64,000 nt of DNA from Octopus vulgaris (Eukaryota): positions 59,830,001 through 59,894,000 of the forward strand of contig OX597822.1 in the NCBI GenBank assembly GCA_951406725.2, read 5' to 3'. The notes under the pieces are model-generated. The model was not told the DNA's origin. It saw only the letters and a program-made list of their open reading frames with translations, and searched no databases. Numbering within the stretch: position 1 is the first letter of the stretch; each line of letters opens with the position of its first letter. This document shows positions 23,887 to 36,690 of the stretch, one piece after another. The position numbers and the translations under genes were made by a program.

Positions 23887-24345
23887 TTTTTTTTTTGTCT
23901 TACAATTATTGTAAAACATATTTATTTTATTAGAACATTTAAATACAAAGAAACAGGAGAGAAAGAAAAGAAAGAAAAGGAAAAAAAGATGGCGGAGTAA
24001 GGCAGCGGAAGATGGAAGGGGCAATGGGTCACTTATCTCAGAACAAATGGTGTGGTCAGCCTTATTCCACAGTTACCGCGGAGAATGTTCGGCGACATTC
24101 GTTGTAGCAGCCACTCCACTTCACGGAGTTCATTTCTCCGACATCCCACAGTTATCTCTATTTTACGGAAGAAATCGGTAGTACGGGGTCCTAGAACATC
24201 TGACGTCTCGACGGCGACCGGCACAAACGGATAGCAGCCGGCTAGGTCCTTGTATTTATTGATTTTTATCTCCTCTGCATTACGGGCAGCGACACCCGGT
24301 TTTACAGACGATGTAGTAAGGTTGGATCTGGAGAACACGTCGCTG
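23887..24345 (-). mobile_element. 3' end of a non-LTR element with restriction-like endonuclease (CRE-like), with poly(A) tail
   Basis: AARNAEEIKINKYKDL...FVPVAVETSDVLG...LLQRMSPNILRGN; AATAAA and A-run downstream on the minus strand. Confidence 0.7.
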
Positions 24346-25049
24346 CACTTCGCGTCCCAGACCAGAGATCAGCCTCTCTATATTATCTTTTTAATTAGAT
24401 TTAACACAGAAAATCAATCATATACTCGCTCTCATTTAAGTAATCCATATGTGCCACATTTCATTTTATTATATCATATAAGTCGTGAATTCATAATCCA
24501 AATCGAAAATGTTGCAGTTTGTTCCTAAAAATACTATCCTCAACAACGCAAGTCAAAGAAGGAATATCTATGCAGTCAATAGACACGTTAAAAATGGAAG
24601 TCACATCTCCCTCTAATCAAAACACTGTACATGTTAAATAAAGATCCGTTGAACATGTTTATTGCCGATATAAAAAAGCTGTGAGCTATTCATATGTGGA
24701 AGAATTTGAAGGTAGGTTTGTATGATCAAACTGGCCTTAGGTTAAATTGTAATAATATTTATCCTATAGCCAAATTAGCGTCGTCTTTGGAAATTTCATG
24801 AAGGCGAGGAGAGAAATTCTATAAAGTGGTTTTTAAAAAAAGCTTATAGAATAAAATTAGTCTCATGAGTTTAAGATGCCTATTACTAATGAAAGTTTCA
24901 TATTAGAAAGCATGAAAAAAATATAAAAACGAATACTTGTAAGATTATCTAACATTCGTTTCCTGTTACGTTAGTATAACTACAATATTTGATAGGTTCT
25001 AATAAGTGGTCATTCAGCTTGAGAGGTTACTGCTTTTATTCTAATTTGT

Positions 25050-25099
<50 letters not shown>

Positions 25100-26187
25100 C
25101 ATACATATTTCGCTTACCAAAAGCGATATCAATAACCTGGTGTTAGAACTCAATATACATACATATATATATATATATATACTTCATAGAAAAGTGTTAG
25201 TCGAGTACAGAGCGTGATAAGAGATTATGCAGATAACAATGGAACAAATTATGTAATACACTTAATTAAGTAACGGATTTTTCTGCTATAAGATGCAATA
25301 TACTCATAGCTGAGTACTTGTCTATTACCTTGCAGCTTCGTTGGACCTTCAAATATACATATTGTTGAAGAATCTAGAAATGTTTGGGAAACAATGAATC
25401 TCGAAGCAGCTGAAGCTATACATAATGATTTCATATTTTGGCACAAGGCCAGTAATTTAGGGGTAGGGGGGTAAGTCGATTACGTCGACCCCAAGACTCA
25501 ACTGGTACTTATTTTATCGACTCCAAAATGATGAAATGCAAAGTTGCCATCGGCGGAATTTGAACTCAAAACGCAAAAGCCGGAGAATTGCTATACACGT
25601 TAGATAAAAAAAAAAGGTGAAAGCTGACCTAAGACAGAAACCAAATTTCTTGTAAACATGACAGCCATTCTGCCAGTGGACCAAAGCTGCCCTGGAGATT
25701 TCGGGATCCATTTTAGAAACTTTATTCTAATCAGCGAGAGTTGCATATTATTGGCGTAATAAGAATTTAGAAAGTTCGAGAACGCCGTAGATATTCTTAG
25801 ACCTGTTGGTGTCCATCCCACTCCATGTCTGCCTACAATCGATTCCTTCCTGACAAAAACATGTTAGGAAAACATTAGTAATCAACACATTAATCTAACG
25901 CCCAAAATCTGCACCAAGCTAACAGATTAATGACGGGACAACTTAACATAGCAGAATGCTAAAATATACAAATAACAAATGCTGCTCACAAAAATTCTTC
26001 TTTGACCGCTGAATGAAAAGTACTTAGCAGAAAAAGAATTCTAATTCCGAGGGATTAATATTAACATGAACAAAATACAATCTCATTGATTCTACTTACG
26101 ATAAAAAAGAAACAAACAGGCGACAGATTATATGTAAATCTACCGTAAAAATAGTGATTTACGCTCACTGAGAAATGAACCAACTAT

Positions 26188-26530
26188 TTAGTTAGGTTAA
26201 GTTAGTTAAGTTAATTTTTTGGCACAAAAAGCAAAAAGCAAGGTCATGTAGGGGGACATGGAGTTATGTAAAGGGTGGTGTTCATGCAAAGAGTTCAGGC
26301 TATTTCTGGTTAAGAGAGACTTTGAACCGAGCGGTCGTCGGTATCTTCACTATCTCGTCCGGCAGCTTATTCAACGGATCCGCAACCCGGACAGAGAAAG
26401 CCCCTCTCCTTCGAATGAGATGAAATCGTCGCAGATTGAGCTTTTCGGAGTGACCCCGCAACCGACGCTCTGGAGCAGGAGTGAAGAACAGCTCTTTCGA
26501 GAGGTTACACTTTCCGCTTATGATATTTAG
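26188..26530 (-). mobile_element. CR1/L2-like LINE extreme 3' end with (TAAC)n tail
   Basis: RLRGHSEKL...RRRGAFSVRVADPLNKLPDEIV...FKVSL. Confidence 0.75.
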
Positions 26531-29371
26531 TTCCTTTCATCTGGTAGAGATATAAAAGGAAACAATATTAATTCCCGGATGTTATAACGTCCACCTTCTT
26601 CTCCTTTTCTTTCTTTCTCTGTCGTACTTTTAATTATAACTATATTCTAATCACATGAGTAATATTTGTGATAGTTAAGATAATTAGATAAACAGAAATT
26701 AGATAAAAAGAAAGAAAGAAAAAAAGGAGAAAGAAAGAAAGGAAGGAAGAAAAGAAAGGCACTGTGGAACAGGACACCCAGTAACTGAAGCTTTCTTTAA
26801 TCAATGGAATAATTTATTTTACCAATGTCTAGTTCTTTGTAGAAATATCAAAAGCTTGGCAAAGCCAAAAACAAACACAAAATCACAAGAAGTGTATGAA
26901 TAAATTGTGACATTTTGACTGAGCTCTGAGTGTCATATCTAAGAAATTCCTCGACAGGTCAGCCTGTATGTATTACGATCGTCCAAGTTTAGATTAGTAA
27001 GCTGAATGCAAACGTTATTTTTCACTGGATTTTCTTACTTCATGTGTGAAGTTTTCTTTAACTATCCTCAGTGTTATTGTTTAATATTGAACTCTAAAAT
27101 CACTGAGTTTAAGTATCTGAACACTTTACTGGGTACTACTGTTGTTGGCGTTTAGAGAAATGTACAGATGATACTTTAGTGGAAGAAATGAAAGTTTAAT
27201 TGACAGAGGTCGTCCTTTTATGACCAAAGTTGTTCTGGAAAAGACGCTTTTCTTGTAAATGTTTTCTCGTTTTCGTAAAATAAGGTGAAAGTACGCCATA
27301 AGAATGATAATTACTTCCGCTACACAAAGATATATCAACCACAAATCAACATTGGTTTAATCTAGCACCTTCTATTGACATATCTCATGTTATTACACTT
27401 TGAGAGACAATTTTTACATCTATCTCCCTAACTTATATCTGATATCAAGACAACTCTCTCTTGAATAATAATAATATTTCCAGTTATTATGATTTAATGT
27501 CTTTTACTCATATATTTAAATCTATCTCATCTTTCTATTAATCTCCAGAGACATCCAACCACAATCATCTATTTGAGAATATTGGTGCAAAATTGAAGAC
27601 TTTTCTCTTAAGTCATCGGGCTTCGTGCCTTTAATATCCACAACTCTCTTTGACGTTCACACTATTTCCACATTGACGCTGCTTCCACAGGAGCAAAATA
27701 ATTTAAACTCTTCAATTGGCTGCACCATTAAGAATCCATTAATATCCTCACCTACTCGTATCCTTGACAGATTCACCAACTTACAAACACTGTAATCTCT
27801 TGTTTACAAAAGCCTGATTTCTTTCTATCGCAATTTCTGACCCTCATAGGATCATATGATTAATACTTTCTAATGAAAGTGACTTTCTCCAGTCAATCAT
27901 ACTAATCGTTTTATTGAACCATACTACCTAATACCTTAGTACTTTAAGTCAGCTCATTAGTTACAGATGTTACATCTGCCCTATCAGATCGTTTACATAA
28001 CATCCGCATCTCTGAGTGGTCACTTGCAGCAAGAGCACTAACTGTGATACGCTGTGATGACTGCTTCACAGGTTAATAATCACAAGAGTAAAATGTCTCC
28101 AGATATAACACATCGAGTAAGTATTTACCTATGAACCTATAACCGGATTTGCTTTAGAGCCACTTCGACCCCTTCTTCAGATCTTTCACCTTGACCATTC
28201 CTTTACTCCTCATCAAGCGATGAATAACCCTTGCCCAAATCCATCTGATTCATCCACGTTTTCTTTTCTTACTTCAGGGAACCTTAAGTACACTTAATCC
28301 TTCCTCTCTAAAAAAAACTTACAGGATTTCCTTCACTACTTACTCTTTCCCGTCACATATCTAATGAGAATATCTATAGCGTTAAGTTGGCCTATTTAGG
28401 AAAGCCTTTTAATGTTATGATCGCTTCCGATTCTATTCTTCCTTCTCTTTTACCTTATTGAACTAGTAAAACATATCGATCATGCAGTACATTGGTAACC
28501 ACTGTTGTTATTATAAATAACTAATTGAGCTAAGTAATACCAGGTCTGTATGATATGAGATGTTGGCTATCCCTGTACCTCAAATCTTCTCATAAGCTAA
28601 GAGAAATCAGCAAAAAGACGAAATAATAGTAGAACGAATAGTAGAACAGAAGACGTAGCTATGTAGTAAGAAGCTTGCTTCCCAACCACATGGCACCGGG
28701 TTCAGTCCTGTTGCGTGGCACCTCGGGCAAGTGTCTTCTACTATAGCGTCAGGCTGACCAAAGCCCGCCGTATGTGTCTTTGTGTCTGTATTTGTCTTCC
28801 CATCACCGCTTGATAACAAGTGTTGATGTGTTTATGTTCCCGCGGCTTGTCAGGTCAGCAAAATAGACCGATAGAATAAGTACTAGGCTTTACAAAAGAA
28901 ATAAGTCCGCATGGTGGCAAATGATTAAAACATGGCAAATGATTAAAACAAATAAATAATACAACTTCTGAACCAATCAATATTATTCGTTGGTTTTTTC
29001 TTTTTGTTTTTTTTCTAAAAGCTTAATCGTGTTTTACAACCTTCTGTCCCTCTGTATGAGAGACAAAGAGAACTCATGCCATCAAACAGCACACATTTGA
29101 TCACTACAAACAAATTATCGGTGCAGACTGTTCAATAAACAGTTGCAGAATCATTACCTCTCATTTATGACAAGAGAGTCCACTTATATCAATATGCATG
29201 TATGTATATATATATATACATATATATATATGCATGTGTACCGTTGGCGATTTTATTTCCTCTGTCTTCCCTTCTCTGGATCTTTCCTGAGCGTCCAATA
29301 ATACTATATTTGTTCCACATCCTCGCGTTGTTGTGTTTTTTTTTTGTGCTTTCTTGTTTGGATTAACTATG

Positions 29372-29448
<77 letters not shown>

Positions 29449-29463
29449 ATATATATAAATATA

Positions 29464-29495
<32 letters not shown>

Positions 29496-29498
<3 letters not shown>

Positions 29499-30930
29499 TT
29501 GCGGTCAAAATGTTCAGAACGGCATTGTTTTCGCCAGAAAAGTAGGTATAAATTTTTATCAAAGTTGTTTTATATTCTATAATTTTCACAGACAATAAAT
29601 ACAATATTAATTGTTATTGTCTGAGATTTTGCTGTAATTTGAGAGGATGGATAATACAAAAGTTATGGATGATTTAGTGATTTACTGCAAAACCCATGGC
29701 GGCCAAAATGATCAGAACGGTTGCTTTTACTCCGTATTTTAGTATATTTAACCGGCGAACTCTAATGTTTTGAATTTGTTTACGTGATGGTTGGTTCGTT
29801 TACTAAACATTAGTAAGAATATCTGCAGTGTACTTTGTTAATATAATGCCACTTACTCCGTTACCAATTCATCAGCAGATTATTAAGCTTCGAAAGAAGG
29901 ATAATTTAAGTATTGGGCCTATTGCAAAGATTGTTAACAAGTCAAAAAGTGTTGTTCACGGTATTCTTAAGGTCTTCGATGATTGTGGTTCGAGTGAAGC
30001 AAGAAAGTCTACAGGAAGGCCAAGAAAAAGGACCAAGAGAGAAGATCGTGCTATGGTAAAGTTGGTTAAAAAGGACAGATTTAAAACTGCTGCTTCTGTT
30101 TCTCGGGAAATGAGCATTGTACTGAAGAAAACGTTATCTCGAAAAACTGTGTCTCATCGTTTAGTTGAACCTAACCTACAAGCAAGATCACCTGCAGTGA
30201 AGCCACTGATCAGCTCCAAAAATAAAAAGTGTCGACTTACCTTTGCAATCGAACATGTGTTGTGGTCTCGAGAAAAATGGCAAATGGTGCATTTCAGTGA
30301 TGATTCTAAGTTTATGTTATTTGGCTCAGATGGGAAAAGGTACGTTCGTTGAAAAGTAGGTGAAAAATTGTCGCCTAAATGCCTTAAGACTAGTGTTAAA
30401 TTCGGTGGAAGAAGTGTCATGGTTTGGGGGATGATATCTGGAGATGGTGTGGGCTCTTTGGTGCGATTACACGGAAAGGTAAATGCAGGAGTTTATAAAC
30501 AACTTGAAAAAGATCATGTCTTGCCTGTGCTGAGAAATTCAACTTAGCGACCACCCATATTCATGCAGGACAATGCCCCATGTCACAAGGCTAAGGTGGT
30601 CATGAACTTCCTCAAGGCTGAAAAGGTTATTATTATGGATTGGCCTGCTCAAAGCCCAGATCTCAATCCTATTGAAAATGTGTGGAATATTCTAGGAGAA
30701 CGTTCGAAAGCCAGAAATCCTAAAATAAGCGAGCAATTATGGAATGCCCTTCAGGAAGAATGGAATAAGATCACCTAGCAAAAAATTGAAAATTTAATTT
30801 CCTCATGCAGTTGAAGATGTCAAAGTGTGATTGAAGCTAAAGGGCTTCACACTAAATATTAAATAATTCCAGTATTCTCTGTCATTTTTGATTATTTTGT
30901 TATTTTTTCAACCGTTCTGATAATTTGTCG
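29496..30930 (+). mobile_element. Tc1-family IR/DR-type DNA transposon, right end truncated
   Basis: TA|cagttgcggtcaaaatgttcagaacgg left end; inner direct repeat at ~29701; inverted copy of it at 30909-30930. Confidence 0.88.
29846..30862 (+). pseudogene. Tc1 DD34E transposase pseudogene (338 codons, 4 premature stops, no frameshift)
   Basis: GRPRK, FSDDSKF, VMVWG, QDNAPCH...SPDLNPIE (34 aa between D and E), GLHTKY*; stops at 30350, 30545, 30776, 30812. Confidence 0.92.
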
Positions 30931-31237
30931 TGAACGAAGGGGGTTTCAGTATAATTAGCACATGCAATTATACCTTGGCAAAAGACACCACTACCTCGCA
31001 TTTCTATTTTTCCCCATCTGTAAATATGTTGATGTATGCTTATTCAAGAAATCAAGGTGTTTTCTTATTTGTAGAAAGATACTTTTATGTGAAAACGCAT
31101 TCTTTCATTTAAAAGTAACTCAAGCAGGTCAATAGTAGTATTTAAAAAAATGGGAGCATTTATTATAAGTCATTGCAAGCGCAATCACACAGGCATGCAC
31201 ACTGATACACGCACACGCGCACACACACATGCACGCA

Positions 31238-31302
<65 letters not shown>

Positions 31303-32427
31303 GGTTGAAATATATAAAAAAACATAAGAGAAGACAGATTTATGAACGACAAACAAGTGTATTAGTTTGACGGTCGGGAAAATGAAGTCTTTTAAGTTTC
31401 GAGTCTACACTCTTCATCAGAAAGGAATAAGAGAAAATAAACTGAGAATGAAAGAAAACTGGTAGATTTCAGATGCGTATGTATGTATGTATGTATGTAT
31501 GTATGTATGTATGTATGTATGTATGTATTAAGAAGGATGGAGATATCGAGAAACAAAGTGAAAGAGAGAGAATATCCTAATGCTAGGCTGTGTGGTAAGT
31601 AGCTTGCTTACGAACCACATGGGTCTGGGTTCAGTCCCATTGCGTGGCACTTTGGGCAAGTGTCTTCTAGTATAGCCTCGGGCCGACCAAAACCTTGTGA
31701 GTAGATTTGGTAGAGTAAAAGAGTAAATAGTATGACTAAAACGATAAAACAAACCTAGTTTGTCACTTGTTTCAATATTATTATTGATTTAAATTCTTTT
31801 CGTTAACATCTCTTCCGTTTACCCCTTTCTTTCATCACATTGACTGGAAATTTCATAAGTTCAATTAACTTTAATGTAACTCAGTGTATAGATATTTTTG
31901 CCACTAAGTGTCAAGCAACATGTACAATATATTGTGACTGTGTTTGTTAGTTGTGGGAGTGCCTGACATTTCTAAAACAATCACGTCAACAAAACAAAAT
32001 TGATATTCTTTAATATTTGTCAAAGACTTGGTTGTTCCAGTAGCCTCCCACTTAATGAACATATTTTAGTAAGCATGACATGAATACGGAACCAGCAAGA
32101 TCGAGTGATCAAGGTACCTGTCGATAGAAACAAAATTACGAATGTGATCAGATAGGTGACAGAAAGGTAGCATTTGATCACCGAAAATACAAACTGGCTC
32201 TTTTTTTATCAATTAAAAGAAGTTTATAAAACGTTGATTTGCACTTTGGGAATTGTAAACTGTTCATCATAGATAGCAAATATATTTGAGAATATAGAAA
32301 ACAAAATATACTTTGATGTCCATTCTCGATTAGAGCCCTCTTTTACATTTAATAAATGTCTACTATTTCAGAATAATGAATGGACGGCACAATCTTTCGT
32401 TAATTTGGAGTCAGGGCCTCCTAAATG

Positions 32428-32538
<111 letters not shown>

Positions 32539-33407
32539 AAAAACACGACTTTTCTTTCTTAGACGAAGGGCAGTAGAGCTTACTAATCTCCTCTAGGAAG
32601 TTGTGTTTTAAGTTATCTGTCACGTTGACTTCATCATTTCCCTCAGATTATAGATTTTTACCCAATCCCATATTTGGCATCTTATTTTACAATTGGTAAT
32701 CACTTTTATTTTTGTTTCTGACAAATTAATTTGATTACCACATCAATAAAAATTTCTGAATATGTTACTTTTAAAATAAAATTCAGTTTATTTCATTCTT
32801 TATTATTAGCATTTCTTGGGAAATAAATTCAAAGGTAAGACATTAAAAAAGGTCTTAGATAAATAACAATTTGGGCGTTTCTTTGCAAATATTCAATTAG
32901 TAACACGTTTCTTTTATTGATTCAATTTTTTGTATCTTACAACAGAAAAATCCTGCTGTTTTCTAATCTCAAGTCCATATTATAAACAATAACATGCTTT
33001 AATTTACCTTTAAAAATGCCATTAACATTTTTGTTGCACTACGTTAGTGATCTATAATTAGCTTCCGCAAAAGACCAGAATGAAAGGGTGAAGCACGAGT
33101 TGTATACTGACAAGACTTATGAGTCAATAACACATTGTTCCTATATTTTATTTCTCATTAACAGCTTAACTATTAATTGATTAATCAATTAATAATTATT
33201 TTTTAAATAACAGCTTCACATACTGTTCTCATCCATAGAAAAGATGTCTGAAATCGGGAAAAGTCATCTGCTGATCCCTTCCAACATATGCATGCATACT
33301 TATACAAGCATATATATGTATATGTATGTGTGTGCGTGTGTGTGCATGTGTATGTGTATGTGCGTATATCTTTTTTTTAATATGTGCATATGTATATATT
33401 TTTTCTG

Positions 33408-35824
33408 TGTGGGTGGGGGCGTAGATGAGTCCCATTAGCCGTGGTGAAGGCAACTCTTTTAGGAGAAGGAGACTCTGACATGAAACCAGGCCATGGTAAT
33501 GACAGACCCTTAATTGGCTGCTCTATCAAAGCCATGACTGTTGATGGGAGCAGACTGGGCTCCTGTTTTAAAATGAAGCCTTCGTTAGGACAACCAGTAT
33601 AGGAGAATAAAACTCTGGATTCAAATGGGCTTACCACTGCTAGCTTGCAGTCTCCTTTTGATGAAAAGCCTAGAAGGTACTCCGATATAAAACCTGCAGT
33701 CAACTTAGTACTAGTCATCTTGCTTTGCTTGTCACTGGCTGGAATCTACTATTTTGATCCAAAGAGCGGCAAAAGTGTTGCACAAGGGTTTGTCACTGAA
33801 ATCCAATGATAAAACATCATAATCATACAATCATCACTTTTTAAAAGTCGTATGGTGATAGAGACGTGGCAACGTATGCAGATTTGACCGGTTGGAAGCA
33901 TATAGTTACAAATCTGCACATGAAGCGGCAGGGTTCTTACTTTAACATCGCCAACATGTTTTCATGGACAGGAACTGTTTTCGATGGTGAATCTTGTATC
34001 TCAGTCGCCCTTTTAAAGAGAACACTGCTCACCTGGATATACTGGGAAGGTGCTAGAAAACGTGCACTAAAAATTGTCTGTACTTTCTCTACTGATTAGT
34101 TCACTGCGGTAAACGGAGGTTCAATTCAGCAGGAATAAACAAAGAATTGATATAAACAATGATAACAAGTATGCAAGGAATAATGTTTCTCTTAACCTAG
34201 TCTGCTGGAATGTGAGAACCCTTTTAGATCGAGCACATAGCCCTGAAAGAAGAACAGTCCTAGTAGCTAAGGAGCTAAGGTGTCTTAATGTTGATATTGC
34301 AGATCCTTCTGAAACAAGTTGTTCAGATAAAGATCATCTTGCCGAAAGAGCAGCAAGTTTCACATTATTCTGGGTTGGAAAACCGACGGGTTAGAAATAC
34401 GAAGATGGCTTTGGGTTTGCAATTAGAAGTGATTTGCTAAAAGACCTAGAACAACCTCAAAGCATAGATAAACGCATAATGAAACTCCGGATTCCTCTTT
34501 CTTGTGGACGTTTTGTAACTGTTTTCTCTATTTATGCTCCTACACTTTCAGCTAGTGAGGGAAATATCCATGCATTTTATGATGAGCTTAGAAGAAGCAT
34601 TCCATCAGTCTTTTTGAATGAGAAGTTGGTTGTGCTAGATGACTTTAATGCATGTATAGGTAGAGACTATGGTACTTAGAGTGTACCTGGATATTGAGGA
34701 ATAGGAAAGGTGAACAACAATGTGTTGCATCTGCTACAAATATGCTCTGAGCCAAGGTCATAGGTTGAAGCATAAACTTACCTGGATTCTACCAAAATCA
34801 AAGCTAGGTTACATGATCGACTTTATATTAACTCGGAAAGCTGGCTTACAAGATTTGTGCAGTCTCAGAGTACTGCGAGGTGCTGATTGTGATACTGATC
34901 ACAAAATGGTTAGGGCCAAGTTCAAGTTCAGAGTCCGCAAAAAATTTCGTAGTGCAGGTATACGTGTACCAAACAGAATTGATGTAGAGCAACCAAAACA
35001 GCCACAAGGTTTGCAGTTACTTTAGGAGTGATGCAGCAATGTCCATTTTGAAGGTTCATGGCAATCTTTTCGGGGTGGAAATATGACGCGTTCTAGCTTA
35101 ATTGAACAACATGTTATCTTGGCTCCAATGAGATTGACTGGACGGGTTATTAGAATGAAAGACGAGCGATTGCCAAAGCGTCTTTTTATGGTGAGCTCAA
35201 CTCTGGAAAGCGACCACAACATAAGCCGAGGAAAAAGTATAAAGACAGCGTGGAGGAAAACCTGAAGAAACTAGATATGAACAAAAGTGATTGGAAAAAT
35301 GATGCTCTAGATCGGAACAAGCGGAGTTGTGCTGTTATGAGTGGTTGCAATGCCTGGGAGGAAAAGGTGATTCAGCACTCTGAGCTTAAAAGGTGCCGTC
35401 GCAAAGGAATAATTGGAGCTGTAATCAACTCTGAATGTGGGACATGTATTATATGTGATCGTTTTCGTTTGTCAAAAGCAGGATACATGAATTATATGAA
35501 GTCACATGAAAATCGAAATGCCAAGATAGGTAATAATCTTGTGTCATATGTCACAAAACTTGTAAGACATTATCTGAACTTCAAAGACATACGGTAGTTC
35601 ACAAAAACATACCATCTGAATCAGATTCCAAAGGACAAAGATATAGAAGAAACAAATAATATCTGTCACTTGTGTTTTAAACCCTCTCAGTCAGCAGCTG
35701 ATATTAAATGTCATCTGAGGGCTAGGCTCATCAACGGAGTGATTGTGCTGTGTGATGGCGTGTGGTGTATGTCGATGGGACAGCTGTCATCTGTGATGAT
35801 AAAGCCATCATCATATCATCATCA
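33408..35824 (+). mobile_element. Internally deleted RTE-clade LINE (AP endonuclease plus C-terminus with C2H2-like fingers, (ATC)n tail)
   Basis: WNVRTLLDR..PERRTVLVAKEL..NVDIA..SET; IYAPT; DFNA; IDFIL; DTDH; jumps at ~35020 to RMKDERLPKRLF. Confidence 0.82.
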
Positions 35825-36129
35825 TATATATATAGGTGTACTTCATTATTAAAGCTGCAAAATCATCACAAAAAATCACAAAAACTGCAACTTAGAATTT
35901 CACGCTTCCGTTCATCCGGCTGTTGTGATCCATAATGCAATTCACATTGACAGATAAACATTTGAATTTGAAGGATAAATATCGAGATGTATAAAATCGA
36001 AGAAAACCTTACGTCAAAAGAAATTTCTAGTTTAAAAGGAAAACATATATATCCAGAGTAAATTAATTAATGGTAAATAAGTTTAATTAATATAAATGTA
36101 AGTCTAGAGTAAAGATTGTTTGCCAACAT

Positions 36130-36690
36130 AACATGGCAGTTCTGGTTTAGGACGAATGTTGCTGTAATTTAGCCCGAGCTAGCTATACGGCACGATCTGA
36201 GTTCTTATATTTTCGAACAAGGGCATTTAACACCCCTACTCAGCTCAAAACAATATCTGTGTATTGCGATTTCCAGGTTATTTCCCTTCATCAACACAGA
36301 ATAACTGTTCGGCTAGAGGTGACGCTGCCAAATTCCTGTTCGAAATATATAGTTTTCAAAGTGACAACTCGTCACCATCGACAGTTCAGATGTAGATATT
36401 ATCCTGCATGCCAGGAGATATTGCCTCTTTTATGACGATTCCGCTTGATGTAAACAGAACAAGGACTCTTTATTTGATGGGCCAATGGGTTCGTACGATG
36501 GGGCGGAATTATATATTCATATAGGAGCTTATATTTCACACAACCTACATCTGAAATTCCCTTTTATTGATGCAGGATTATACAGGGATACCGGTCTTAT
36601 AGTCACCTGTAATATGAACGGCCATGACTTAGATAGACTTAAGATGAAGGTAAAACAAAAAAATAGCGGCTTATACACCGGAAAATAATT
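36130..36690. mobile_element. Penelope-like RT fragment (+) with adjacent inverted pLTR-like segment
   Basis: FDGPMGSYDGAEL...GLYRDTGL resembles the Penelope-type RT motif; hammerhead motif at 36256-36300(-). Confidence 0.7.
36256..36300 (-). ncRNA. Minimal type-I hammerhead ribozyme-like motif (C3U variant)
   Basis: tctgtg-TTGATGA-agggaaataacctg-GAAAT-cgca-ATA^cacaga; 6-bp stem I, NUH triplet. Confidence 0.6.

Noticed and set aside
27100-28450. Possible decayed LTR-retrotransposon gag/protease on the minus strand (CGSSVNV, GCYV...GQM remnants)
   Set aside because: Too degenerate to support without an HMM search, and no LTRs are visible
35885-35925. Hammerhead-like CGGATGA-acggaagcgt-GAAAT on the minus strand
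   Set aside because: The core is altered and I could not build stems I and III or a valid cleavage triplet
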